This document shows positions 30,466 through 39,562 of a stretch of 64,000 nt of DNA, piece after piece (position 1 is the stretch's first letter; each line of letters opens with the position of its first letter). A model generated the notes under the pieces. It searched no databases and was not told the DNA's origin. It saw only the letters and a list, made by a program, of their open reading frames with translations. The position numbers and the translations under genes were made by a program. Origin of the DNA: a virus. Lineage: Duplodnaviria; Caudoviricetes. Location of the stretch: positions 32,001-96,000 of IMG/VR virus record IMGVR_UViG_3300036783_000180. One strand, 5' to 3'.

Positions 30466-31011
30466 TCACCCCTCTTCGATTGGTGTTGGTGTGAATCCAG
30501 TTGTGCTTTGTGGATCCCAACCACTAATCGGTTCGTCAATAGTTTCCGTTCTCGCATTCTCTCTCAAGTGACTGAATCGATTACTCTTCGACTCCCATTT
30601 GCCAAACGTTTCTTCCATCTCGGTATCTACTGGAGGTAATTTATCAATAGGGTTAACTTCTGGTATATCTGAAACTTCGTATGTCTCAGGAATGAATGCC
30701 ATAAGATCATTCCACATATCCGGGAATTCTTCCGTTTTAACTTCAGCTTGCAGAACTTTAAGTTGTTTCTGTTCTTCCACTAGTTTGTATGCTTCTGGAT
30801 TTACAAACATTAATAAAGTATCGAAATGTATATCCATTTTCTTCGTCCAGAAATTATTAAGAACTTTGATTAATTCTAATTTATCATCGTTCTTTTGTTG
30901 CCTATCTTGAATCACCTGTTCGTACAGTATCCTCAGTTGAAGAAAGTCCATATCAAGAAAACGCTTCTCAAAGGCGTGTCCACCATAGTGAGAAGCGACT
31001 ATATTCCTCAT
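30466..31011 (-). CDS. tail assembly chaperone, GT-like frameshift extension
   Basis: in the -1 frame of 31032..31466 with no stop between slippery site and ATG; no good SD. Confidence 0.75.
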   Translation of the reverse strand: MRNIVASHYGGHAFEKRFLDMDFLQLRILYEQVIQDRQQKNDDKLELIKVLNNFWTKKMDIHFDTLLMFVNPEAYKLVEEQKQLKVLQAEVKTEEFPDMWNDLMAFIPETYEVSDIPEVNPIDKLPPVDTEMEETFGKWESKSNRFSHLRENARTETIDEPISGWDPQSTTGFTPTPIEEG

Positions 31012-31031
31012 TTTCCAAACGGGGTCGTTTA

Positions 31032-31466
31032 TTACTTTTTTGCAGTTTCGTCTAGATCTTCAAATAACGCATCGCGTTTCTTAACAAGCTTGTTATATGA
31101 ATCGACGATTTGATCATAGATTGTAACTTCTAGACTAGCTAATTCATCACGAAACTCCATTCGTTGTTTGAACTGTTCCTCTACAGGTAACGTTTCATCA
31201 ACAGGAGATTGTCCATTCACCTTTTTAATAGCGAATGTCATTTGAGATAAAGAACGTTGTTTTACGATTCCGTCTCCCATGATTTGGAATCGTTCGTCAG
31301 CACCATACTTTTCTTTTAAACTTTTAAAATCTACTAACGCATCAGCTAAAAAGATTTCTTCCGTACTAAGTAATTCCATTTCAAACTTTGTCCCGTGAAT
31401 TGTGAACTCGTGGTCAATTTTCCCCTTGATTACTAGACCTTCTAATGCAGCTTTAACTAAACTCAT
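31032..31466 (-). CDS. tail assembly chaperone (G-like)
   Basis: between tube and tape measure; ends on slippery heptamer. Confidence 0.8.
   Translation of the reverse strand: MSLVKAALEGLVIKGKIDHEFTIHGTKFEMELLSTEEIFLADALVDFKSLKEKYGADERFQIMGDGIVKQRSLSQMTFAIKKVNGQSPVDETLPVEEQFKQRMEFRDELASLEVTIYDQIVDSYNKLVKKRDALFEDLDETAKK
31035..31041 (-). other. programmed -1 frameshift site A AAA AAG
   Basis: GCA AAA AAG TAA; -1 frame reads AAA GTA ATA AAC GAC CCC GTT TGG AAA ATG AGG. Confidence 0.8.
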
Positions 31467-31513
31467 AATTTATTTCCTCCTAAACTTTAATAATTCCATT
31501 ATACACAACAAAC

Positions 31514-31546
31514 AAAAAGAAGTGCACTAAGCAAGCGCACTTCTTT
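31514..31546 (-). terminator. terminator after tail tube gene
   Basis: AAGAAGTGCGCT..AGTGCACTTCTT plus T run on - strand. Confidence 0.7.
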
Positions 31547-31550
31547 AAGA

Positions 31551-32129
31551 TTATTGCAAGTTGAATGTAACTTTAGGGATTGTAGTATACATGATGTTCA
31601 ATTGTTCGAACACTACAACTCCACCTGCCGAGATAGATTCAGAACGAGATTGAATCTGACAACCACGGAACAGGATAGTTGATACAGCTTTCGTAGCTTG
31701 CGTTGCATCCTCTAATACAGGGTACTTCGCCATCATTAAGTCGAACGGATGGTTGACGTCACGAATACTACGTAAAATCTGATCGTTTGTTAAGTTTGTT
31801 TTATCTACACCATGATAGATAGCATTCAGTAAATCCACACCGTTTAATAATACACGTTGGATATTTAACTGACCTTGCGTTAAACCAGGAATGATAATCG
31901 GAGCGTCAGAACCTAACTCGAAAATCATTTGTAATTGCTTTTGCTCACTATGAGACATACCTTGAATCAGACCGATAGCCTTCATACTAACTTGGCTATT
32001 CGCTTGAGTTGGTGTAGGGCCTGCATAAATTACCGTACGGTCAGCACGAGTAAAGTTCTTTTCAGCTACACCACCCTGAATATTCTTATCATGGTAGTCC
32101 CACTTTGGTACTCCAATACCGTTAGACAT
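31551..32129 (-). CDS. tail tube protein
   Basis: 192 aa after sheath; IGLIQ, IFELGS, FRGC. Confidence 0.75.
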   Translation of the reverse strand: MSNGIGVPKWDYHDKNIQGGVAEKNFTRADRTVIYAGPTPTQANSQVSMKAIGLIQGMSHSEQKQLQMIFELGSDAPIIIPGLTQGQLNIQRVLLNGVDLLNAIYHGVDKTNLTNDQILRSIRDVNHPFDLMMAKYPVLEDATQATKAVSTILFRGCQIQSRSESISAGGVVVFEQLNIMYTTIPKVTFNLQ

Positions 32130-32147
32130 ATTCGGTCACCTCACCTA

Positions 32148-33644
32148 TTAAATTTGGATGTAAACATCTAAGTTGTTCGCAGGGTATGCAGGAGTCATTC
32201 GTAAACGAGTAACTAAGTTACGTTCGTTACGACGTTCTGTTGTGCTTGTTCCGCTTTGACGCATCTGCCATCCTGTTATAACCTTGATGTCTCGTGCAAG
32301 ACCTAATTCCTTACACTCTTCGATAGAACTCGTCAGCGTACCATCTAGGCGCTCCATGAACCCATCAGTGATGTTGTTTTTACCACTGTATGGTTTCAGA
32401 CGATCACGAATTCGTTTTACAACTACGTCAAAGTTTTTGATCATGGAGTACTCTTGTTCCTCAGCACGTTCACTTTGCGCAGTAGTTAATTGATGACGAA
32501 TTACTAAAGGTCCGTCAGTTTCCTCTTGGTACACAATAAACACACCACGTTTTGCTAACTCGTCCCATTTACGAGGACGGAATTTAGGTGTGTTAACACG
32601 ATAGAATACACCTATGATTTCACGTAAGGATAATGGTTCTACAGGACCAACAACTGAATCTAAAGCTACGATAGCTGCGTTAACAAAGTAACTTGGTAGG
32701 TCACTATAAACAACTCCGCCATGTAAGATATCAACAGTTTTCACACCGAAGACATTTACAATACGAGTGTTGTTTAGAGACTCTGACAATCCACCAACTT
32801 TGTCAATTAACTCGTCCATGTCGTTGATGTTAGTGATTTTTCTCATATCAAATCCAGTGAATCCAACAGTCTCACGACGGTCATTCGGATTTGATATAGC
32901 AGAAACGAATTCCGTTAACGCATTCGTAACATCTTGATCTTGACTCAACGGACAAATGCGGTAAGCATTGTTTTTATAGTACGCTTTTTCCATTATTTTT
33001 ATAATTTCTTTAGAAGTCGCAGCTTCACCAAAATTACGAGGAACCTCTAAATAATAGAAATACGGACAACCTAATCGGAATGCAATTTCTGCTGCAACAG
33101 CAATGTCATTTACAACTGTTTTTCCGTTCTCTTCTAAAAGGAATGGACCAAAGATTTCACGAGCATAAAAACGATCTTCCATACCAATTATACGTAAATC
33201 GAAAGCTGAATCAGATACCTCTGTACTTAATGTTACGTTGAACATTAAATCAGAGTTTTTCACCGTTTCACCAATAAATTCAACATCTACCTCTAGCACA
33301 ACGGAGTTAGAAGTAACCTTATGAATCTTTGTGATATTATAATCTTTTCCCTCTTCTAAAATAGCCTCTCCACTATCTTTCACTATAGATAATGTGTGAA
33401 GTTTAAATTCAGTATCCTTAAATACTTGTAAGTTAATAGCATTTTGTACAGATACGGAAAACTTAGTGTTAGGGAATTCTTTGTGATTCGCTTTCACGTT
33501 TTCAATTTTGATATCACGTTTTAGTGAAGTCATACCTGTTCCGATATATACCGGATGAAACTCAGTCATAGAATTAGACTGTGTTTGTGGTTGACGTTCA
33601 ATGATAACGTTAGTACCTGGTGGAGTATAATCTTTGTATGCCAC
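32148..33644 (-). CDS. contractile tail sheath protein
   Basis: N-terminal YTPPG; C-terminal IRHQLTT..EYSMIKNFD..PAYPAN. Confidence 0.8.
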   Translation of the reverse strand: MAYKDYTPPGTNVIIERQPQTQSNSMTEFHPVYIGTGMTSLKRDIKIENVKANHKEFPNTKFSVSVQNAINLQVFKDTEFKLHTLSIVKDSGEAILEEGKDYNITKIHKVTSNSVVLEVDVEFIGETVKNSDLMFNVTLSTEVSDSAFDLRIIGMEDRFYAREIFGPFLLEENGKTVVNDIAVAAEIAFRLGCPYFYYLEVPRNFGEAATSKEIIKIMEKAYYKNNAYRICPLSQDQDVTNALTEFVSAISNPNDRRETVGFTGFDMRKITNINDMDELIDKVGGLSESLNNTRIVNVFGVKTVDILHGGVVYSDLPSYFVNAAIVALDSVVGPVEPLSLREIIGVFYRVNTPKFRPRKWDELAKRGVFIVYQEETDGPLVIRHQLTTAQSERAEEQEYSMIKNFDVVVKRIRDRLKPYSGKNNITDGFMERLDGTLTSSIEECKELGLARDIKVITGWQMRQSGTSTTERRNERNLVTRLRMTPAYPANNLDVYIQI

Positions 33645-33712
33645 TATAACTCAACTACCTTTCTCTAAAATATTTACTATTTAAATTGTAAAACACATTG
33701 GATAATAAATCA

Positions 33713-34504
33713 CTACTTATTATCCTGCTGCTTCCGCCATTCTTGGTACACTCTAATGCCAGGTGTTTGAACTTCATTGGAGAATGGTCTTTCTTCGTTG
33801 TCATCTTTTTTAATTAAATTTCCCTCTATATCGTGATAACCTGTTCTAGCTTCCTTGTCCTGCACAACAACACTAGCACCAGGAGGGCGGTATCCATGAA
33901 TTTCTTCATCAGGATCAGTCTCGATTTCAGGATTTACAATTACTTCATCCGTTTCTCCAGATGACTTTTTGTTTTCCCAAGGAACATCGATGATAAATTG
34001 GATGGTAGTTTGATAGACTTTTTTATCTTCACGATATACATCCGTTTCAGAAACTTGAGCCCCATTAATAATCAAACCAACATTACTATACATACCTTTA
34101 CAAGCGAACAAACAAATCTCTGATAATTCATCAGCTAAATCACTTGATTCTTCTTCCGTAAAGGCATGAACGATAACGACGATAGTTGGAGAAATCATTT
34201 TAAAATACTTCGTCCCTACAATTGCTCCAGTTGAATCTGTTACAAAACCAGACATATTGTTATTTAGCATATCGTTGAATCCTTTTTGGTATCCACCCGC
34301 TTTTACAATAAATCGTGGTTGTGTACCACTAACACTTGGATTTCCGTAAGACGGATAAATCATGATTTTCGTTTTCAAATCATTATCATCGTATTTGTAA
34401 GCAGGATGATTTTTATAAATCTCGTGCGTTACACTTAAAAAACGTTCTGTTATCTCTTTCTTAAATAAATTAAGTTCAGGAAATATCGTTCGTTTATTAG
34501 CCAT
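33713..34504 (-). CDS. tail terminator/completion protein (putative)
   Basis: between neck and sheath; ATG 34504 after GAGGTGG. Confidence 0.55.
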   Translation of the reverse strand: MANKRTIFPELNLFKKEITERFLSVTHEIYKNHPAYKYDDNDLKTKIMIYPSYGNPSVSGTQPRFIVKAGGYQKGFNDMLNNNMSGFVTDSTGAIVGTKYFKMISPTIVVIVHAFTEEESSDLADELSEICLFACKGMYSNVGLIINGAQVSETDVYREDKKVYQTTIQFIIDVPWENKKSSGETDEVIVNPEIETDPDEEIHGYRPPGASVVVQDKEARTGYHDIEGNLIKKDDNEERPFSNEVQTPGIRVYQEWRKQQDNK

Positions 34505-35252
34505 CAAAATCCACCTCAACTTTGTAAGCAGGATCTCCCATCTCAATAGGTACCATACTTAATATCTGTCTGATTATATAACGAGACTTCGTGCGTGGGG
34601 TGACTTGAGTAACCCTGTATCTGTAATTCATCGTATCTACAATTACATCCCCCGGTGTGATTAACGGATAATTAGCTAACCAAGCATTCACAGGAGTTTT
34701 AGATACTTCGTCACTGTCTAGCATTCCTGATTCATCTACAAATGCGCTGATATCGGTAGAAATTAAAAATTCAATAGGAGGATAATATCCACCTACTATA
34801 ACTCCTGTTCCGTTACAAGTATCGCAGTCAGCAAAACGTACACGCTTCGTGATAGGATTCCAACATTCGGGACATGTCTTATCACCTTCACCGTTATCTC
34901 TACGCTTAATCAATAACGCTACAGGTGGGTTTTTCATAACACGTAGTGCAACTTTCGCTTCATGGATAACTACATTAGCGATGTTATCTTTCGGTTGATA
35001 ACGTAGTGTTTCTATATCACTTTCAGCGACTTTATTACCATTCGAATATCCTTCTACACGATAGAAGTATTTCAATGAATGATTCATAAAATTAACCTTT
35101 GTATCAACAAAATGATTCATATTAACATCTTTTGCTATTACTTCAAATTCATCTTGTGGAGAATGCGAGCGAAGTACTGTAAAAGTGTCTCCTTCTATAC
35201 CTTTCCATTCCACATACAATTCTTTAGTAGAAAGTGGTACCGTCTTAATCAC
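34497..35252 (-). CDS. neck/head-closure protein with FN3-like N-terminus and Zn finger
   Basis: VEW..F.V.RS..D....YFYRV; CPECW..CDTCNGTG. Confidence 0.6.
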   Translation of the reverse strand: MIKTVPLSTKELYVEWKGIEGDTFTVLRSHSPQDEFEVIAKDVNMNHFVDTKVNFMNHSLKYFYRVEGYSNGNKVAESDIETLRYQPKDNIANVVIHEAKVALRVMKNPPVALLIKRRDNGEGDKTCPECWNPITKRVRFADCDTCNGTGVIVGGYYPPIEFLISTDISAFVDESGMLDSDEVSKTPVNAWLANYPLITPGDVIVDTMNYRYRVTQVTPRTKSRYIIRQILSMVPIEMGDPAYKVEVDFDG

Positions 35253-35253
35253 A

Positions 35254-35697
35254 CTACCACCTCCAACCCATAGGACTTCCTAAACCTCTAAAACGAGGAA
35301 CTTGCCCTCTTTTAAAATCACTAAGCTTACGTAAATAGTTAACAATCTTTTGCTGCATCCAACTTTGATAATGACCAGACTTATCATTTAAATTGACAGA
35401 GAATCCTGCATCACTGTAACTAACTTGATTTCGTAAATGCAATAACCCTCTAGCTTGGAACATAAAGAGTTCAGCGCCATCTAAAAGTAAACTTGTTTTT
35501 GGGAAGTTATCTAATCTGTAATTGTTTCGTGGTTCTTCCTCATTAATATCTGAAAGTGCTTCTAGAATGTAACCTTCAAGCTGATCATCTGTAAATTCTA
35601 AATCCTCATCCAAAATATTTTTAATTGGATCAGTATCATAAATACGTAAACGAAGCCTTTTAATCAAACTTTCCATTAGTTCCGTTCTTTCAGCCAT
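35254..35697 (-). CDS. head-tail adaptor
   Basis: LRLRIYD..FTDDQL..YSDAGFSV; synteny. Confidence 0.65.
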   Translation of the reverse strand: MAERTELMESLIKRLRLRIYDTDPIKNILDEDLEFTDDQLEGYILEALSDINEEEPRNNYRLDNFPKTSLLLDGAELFMFQARGLLHLRNQVSYSDAGFSVNLNDKSGHYQSWMQQKIVNYLRKLSDFKRGQVPRFRGLGSPMGWRW

Positions 35698-35710
35698 AGT
35701 ATATCACCCC

Positions 35711-36118
35711 TTATTCTGCATCAGCAGGAGTTACTTCAAACCCAAAGTGAATTAGTACAGCATCCTTCACTTCTTGTTCTTTTGTACGGCTATGAACACC
35801 TTCTAGTTCAATTGCATTATCCTTTAAGAACTTAAGTAAATCTTTCTTACCCATGCCCTCGATTTCTTCTTTTGTTAAAGTGACAGGTTCGGCGGGCGTA
35901 ATAACTTCTTCTGTATCCTCAACCTCTTCCGCAACTACATCTTCATCAATTGAGATAGCACCTTGTTCTTTCAAGAAATACGCAGTATCTAAGTCTGCTT
36001 GTTTCTTGAATGTCACAGGTTGATTAATTCCCGGTTGCAATACCGTTCGAGCTAAAGCTAACGCAATTTTCGTTTCGTTCTTAATCCATAATGTGTGTTT
36101 GATTTTTTTATTTGCCAT
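35711..36118 (-). CDS. hypothetical protein with C-terminal HeH/Rho-N-like motif
   Basis: IEGMGKKDLLKFLKDNAIEL..TKEQEV; acidic linker. Confidence 0.55.
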   Translation of the reverse strand: MANKKIKHTLWIKNETKIALALARTVLQPGINQPVTFKKQADLDTAYFLKEQGAISIDEDVVAEEVEDTEEVITPAEPVTLTKEEIEGMGKKDLLKFLKDNAIELEGVHSRTKEQEVKDAVLIHFGFEVTPADAE

Positions 36119-36139
36119 ATTAAAAACACCTCCATCGTC

Positions 36140-36148
36140 ATTATAGCA
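36140..36148 (-). promoter_or_regulatory. extended -10 promoter TGCTATAAT
   Basis: consensus TGnTATAAT between the MCP terminator and the SD of 36118. Confidence 0.65.
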
Positions 36149-36149
36149 T

Positions 36150-36188
36150 AAGAAAAAGCGAGACTCGTTAGAAGTCCCGCTTTTTCTT
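36150..36188 (-). terminator. terminator after major capsid gene
   Basis: AAGAAAAAGCGGGACT..AGTCTCGCTTTTTCTT on - strand. Confidence 0.8.
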
Positions 36189-36211
36189 TATATTATATGG
36201 AATTAGTTAAC

Positions 36212-37138
36212 TTAAGGTTTTTTAGGACCTGTAGCACCAAGTTCTAAACGAGCAACTGCTTTCGCATCGTGAATGAACATTCCGATGAACTCGTAAGCCA
36301 TTACTTCTTTATCCTTAGTTTCAGGAATACGTTGAACATCCATTGTGATGTCACGTAGGATTGGCATACGTCCAAGTACTTCTTTTGGAGAAAGACCGTA
36401 AACGTATTTCTCTTCAACGATGATACCTGTAACCATTTTAATGCCGCCCCAAATTGTAGGAAGCTCACCAGTTTCTAACACTGTACGTTGAGAAACTTCG
36501 TCAAGATCATCTTCGCCCCATAGTAAGAAGTCATCGTAAGTAGCTGGGTTCATTAAGTACGCAGCGAACGCAACGTTGTTACGAGAGAAGATTTTCTTAA
36601 CAGATAGCAAACCAGCTTTTGTGATAGCTGTTTCAGCTTGGAAAGCTTGTTGTTTTGGAGAGTTGTCGATAAGCATATTTACAACACGTAAGAATTCTTT
36701 ATCTTCAACTTCTGCCATAGCTTGTCCAGCTTTTTCTTGTGTACGACGCATTAAGTCGTAAGGTTGAGTGTCAAGATCCCATTGAGTAATCGTTAAGCGT
36801 GGTGTAGCGATTTCGTAGAAATCAACTTTAACAGTGTCGCCTTTGATGATTAAACTTGGAACTTCACCTTCACGTGGCATTACAGCAGCTGTAGCGTCAA
36901 CATCTTTAGAGTAAGTAACGTAAACCTCTTCGTTAAAACGAGTTAAGTCTTCAGGAGAAACGTCAGTTACAGTGATAACGTCACGTACGAAACCTTCGTA
37001 GTCACGAACAACTTGGATAAATTCAGGCATTTTCGTTGCCGCATAACGCTCGAATCCTTCCGATTGTTCAAGCAATTGTTTTAAGTCATATTCTTCTTCG
37101 CGCATTTCGTTACCCATGCGTGGTTCATGTAATGGCAT
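36212..37138 (-). CDS. major capsid protein (HK97 fold)
   Basis: 308 aa; REGEVP, AMAEVEDKEFL, YLMNPATY.D, IWGGIK; strongly biased codons; terminator follows. Confidence 0.85.
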   Translation of the reverse strand: MPLHEPRMGNEMREEEYDLKQLLEQSEGFERYAATKMPEFIQVVRDYEGFVRDVITVTDVSPEDLTRFNEEVYVTYSKDVDATAAVMPREGEVPSLIIKGDTVKVDFYEIATPRLTITQWDLDTQPYDLMRRTQEKAGQAMAEVEDKEFLRVVNMLIDNSPKQQAFQAETAITKAGLLSVKKIFSRNNVAFAAYLMNPATYDDFLLWGEDDLDEVSQRTVLETGELPTIWGGIKMVTGIIVEEKYVYGLSPKEVLGRMPILRDITMDVQRIPETKDKEVMAYEFIGMFIHDAKAVARLELGATGPKKP

Positions 37139-37171
37139 TTTAATAGCCCCTTTCTGTATCCGTTATTTTAA

Positions 37172-37618
37172 TTAGCCTTCAATACGTAGGTATTGATATT
37201 CCTGAGAAGGAATACGTGTTACAGTGCCGACAATTAAATGTGCAGCAGTTTCAGGTTTAGCAGGAACTAATAATCCACCAGCTTTTGTTGTAACAGCTTG
37301 ACCATTTTTGAATGAAGCTGTTTTATCGAATTGGTCAGTACCTAATTCGTAGTTACCTTTAAGACAAGCAATCATTCCAACGCGGCTAACGTTATCGCGA
37401 CCTTCTAAAAGTTCCATTTGTAATCCGCGACCTTTTCCAGCCCAACGTTCGTTTAATGTTGGGTATGCAGGACGAGTACCGTCAGCGTATTCCCATTCAC
37501 CTTCGTCGTTTAAGTGGAAAAACTGTCCAGCTTGGATTTCGCCTACTGTTTCGCTAACGCGGTGACCAGATAAGCGGTGTGCTTTTTGATGATAAATGTT
37601 TTGTCTATCAAGTGCCAT
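37172..37618 (-). CDS. capsid decoration/cement protein
   Basis: 148 aa just before MCP; TDQFD..GQAV..GGLL..IVGTV. Confidence 0.7.
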   Translation of the reverse strand: MALDRQNIYHQKAHRLSGHRVSETVGEIQAGQFFHLNDEGEWEYADGTRPAYPTLNERWAGKGRGLQMELLEGRDNVSRVGMIACLKGNYELGTDQFDKTASFKNGQAVTTKAGGLLVPAKPETAAHLIVGTVTRIPSQEYQYLRIEG

Positions 37619-37639
37619 TTTGTATATCCTCCCTTTGAT

Positions 37640-38845
37640 TTAATGTTTGTTTAATTCTCGTGCTGCTTCGCCGATAGTTTGTCCTCGTTTGGATAAACCT
37701 CTCTCGACTGGCGCTGCATAAGAATCGAATCCATTACTATTATAATCTACTAAAATGTCCAAACTTGCAAGCCCTTCTTCTTGATTCTTCGCTTGTTTGA
37801 TTAACATATTGTAAAGATTTAATACATCTTCACTAGCAGTTTTCAATTCACCCAAACGTTCGTCATATTGAGATTGCTTAATCATGCCCAATTCTAGCAT
37901 ATCGCCGATCATATCGAAAGCTACTTTTTCGCGCTCTTTTGTAAAGACTGATTCTTTATAAGAAGAAAATTCAGAAGCAGTTTTATCTAATTCTCTTCGA
38001 ACACTAGATAATTCACTTTGCACTTCCGCAGTCTTCTTACGCTCATAAGAAGCTTCCTTTCGCAATAGTTGATTCTCATTTGTTAAGCTACCAATCTCAG
38101 CAGCACTCTTTTCTAGACTGTCTTCGAGTTGGGCAATCTTGTTCATTGAAGCTTGTTTGTCCATCTCTAAAGACAAAATTTCCTCTTCTAATATACCACG
38201 AACTTCCATACCGTTGCCATTACTTTCCGCAACTTTCGTCGTTCCTGATTCCTCTTCCTCTTTTCCATACATCTTTTCACCGACATATGCAGTAGCTAAG
38301 AATGGAGATACAACCTTTGTTGTATTCGTAACAGGTCCCATTAATGAAGGTCTTCTATCTTGACCACCCGAACCTTCAAATAACTGACTCACGCTACCAT
38401 CAGGGTTAACTTTTTCACCAACTGCAACACCTCGCCCTGCTTCTCCCGTAGGAGTCGAGAAGAACTTACCCCTTGCGGTTTCAGGTGTTTTACCCGCTAA
38501 CTTTTTACCCGCCCAAGTATCAGCGGCTACTGTTTTTTCTTTTAAATACGCCATACCGTCTTTTGCTTTTTGACTGATTTTATCACCTTTAGGAAGAAAT
38601 TTTAAAGCGCCCATACCTGCATCTAGTACAAGTCCATTCGACTCTCTATCCAATTCTTCCCTCTGTATTTTTTTTATTTTTTCTGCATCATACATTCGAA
38701 CAGGACCATTCACTGCGCCTAACTCTCGTCCGTTGTTCATAACGAATTTACCCATATTCTTACCACGACTAGCCCCGCCAAAAAGCTTTCCGAAGAAAGC
38801 TTTTTTTTCTAAAAAGGCTTGGCCGCTTAAGTCTACATTACTCAT
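37640..38845 (-). CDS. scaffold/head-internal protein with KxA repeats
   Basis: C-terminal coiled coil; about 11 KxA motifs; upstream of decoration and MCP genes. Confidence 0.65.
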   Translation of the reverse strand: MSNVDLSGQAFLEKKAFFGKLFGGASRGKNMGKFVMNNGRELGAVNGPVRMYDAEKIKKIQREELDRESNGLVLDAGMGALKFLPKGDKISQKAKDGMAYLKEKTVAADTWAGKKLAGKTPETARGKFFSTPTGEAGRGVAVGEKVNPDGSVSQLFEGSGGQDRRPSLMGPVTNTTKVVSPFLATAYVGEKMYGKEEEESGTTKVAESNGNGMEVRGILEEEILSLEMDKQASMNKIAQLEDSLEKSAAEIGSLTNENQLLRKEASYERKKTAEVQSELSSVRRELDKTASEFSSYKESVFTKEREKVAFDMIGDMLELGMIKQSQYDERLGELKTASEDVLNLYNMLIKQAKNQEEGLASLDILVDYNSNGFDSYAAPVERGLSKRGQTIGEAARELNKH

Positions 38846-38878
38846 GAGATGCGCCTCCCTTCTTTTCCCTATTATACT

Positions 38879-39562
38879 TTAGTTCAAGTATGTGCGTAAT
38901 CCATCAATTAAAACTTTAGAGTCTTTTATGTCATACGCAATAGAAGGGTTCGCTCTGTCTTTCATCAAACTTACAATCGCATCAGCGATTTTCTGTTTTG
39001 TATGAGGTCGTAACATTGTTGTTAAATCGCCAGCTTGTTTTACAATCGTTAATTTAAGACGGTCAGCTTCATAAGAACTCAACATTAATTCTTGCATCAA
39101 TCTCTCTTTAACGTATTCTAGTAAATCTTTATTACTCACTACTTTCATGTTAACCATGCCAAATGAACTCTTTAATGCATTGGGATTCGTAGAAAGTTCT
39201 GTACCCATCGCATCTACAATTCCGTCAATAATCTTACCTTGATCTCCTTGAAATCGATTTTGAATTTTCTCGGATTGCGTAATAACACGAGAAGAAAATT
39301 CATGAGCAACGCCATCAGATACACCCAATCGTTGAGCGATTAAATTTTTTGTACTGTCAAACAAATCGATACCTCTAGAAACAAAAGCTTCTTTTGTCAT
39401 AGTATTTTCACTAGCTGTTTTTTCAAGCGAGTCTGGAACTAGACTCGCTTGTTTTTCTAAATACTCTCGTAAACCTTTGTTTTCTGTATGCGATAATTTA
39501 TCTAAAGATAACTCTTCTTTCTTCGCACGATTTGACTTCATTAAAACATCATAATTTCGCAT
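38879..39562 (-). CDS. putative head-internal protein with KxA motifs
   Basis: LEKQAS, LEKTAS, MTKEAF; between protease and scaffold. Confidence 0.55.
   Translation of the reverse strand: MRNYDVLMKSNRAKKEELSLDKLSHTENKGLREYLEKQASLVPDSLEKTASENTMTKEAFVSRGIDLFDSTKNLIAQRLGVSDGVAHEFSSRVITQSEKIQNRFQGDQGKIIDGIVDAMGTELSTNPNALKSSFGMVNMKVVSNKDLLEYVKERLMQELMLSSYEADRLKLTIVKQAGDLTTMLRPHTKQKIADAIVSLMKDRANPSIAYDIKDSKVLIDGLRTYLN

Noticed and set aside
9861-33644. Tailocin or extracellular contractile injection system
   Set aside because: Capsid, protease, scaffold and neck genes are contiguous with the tail genes, and replication genes are present
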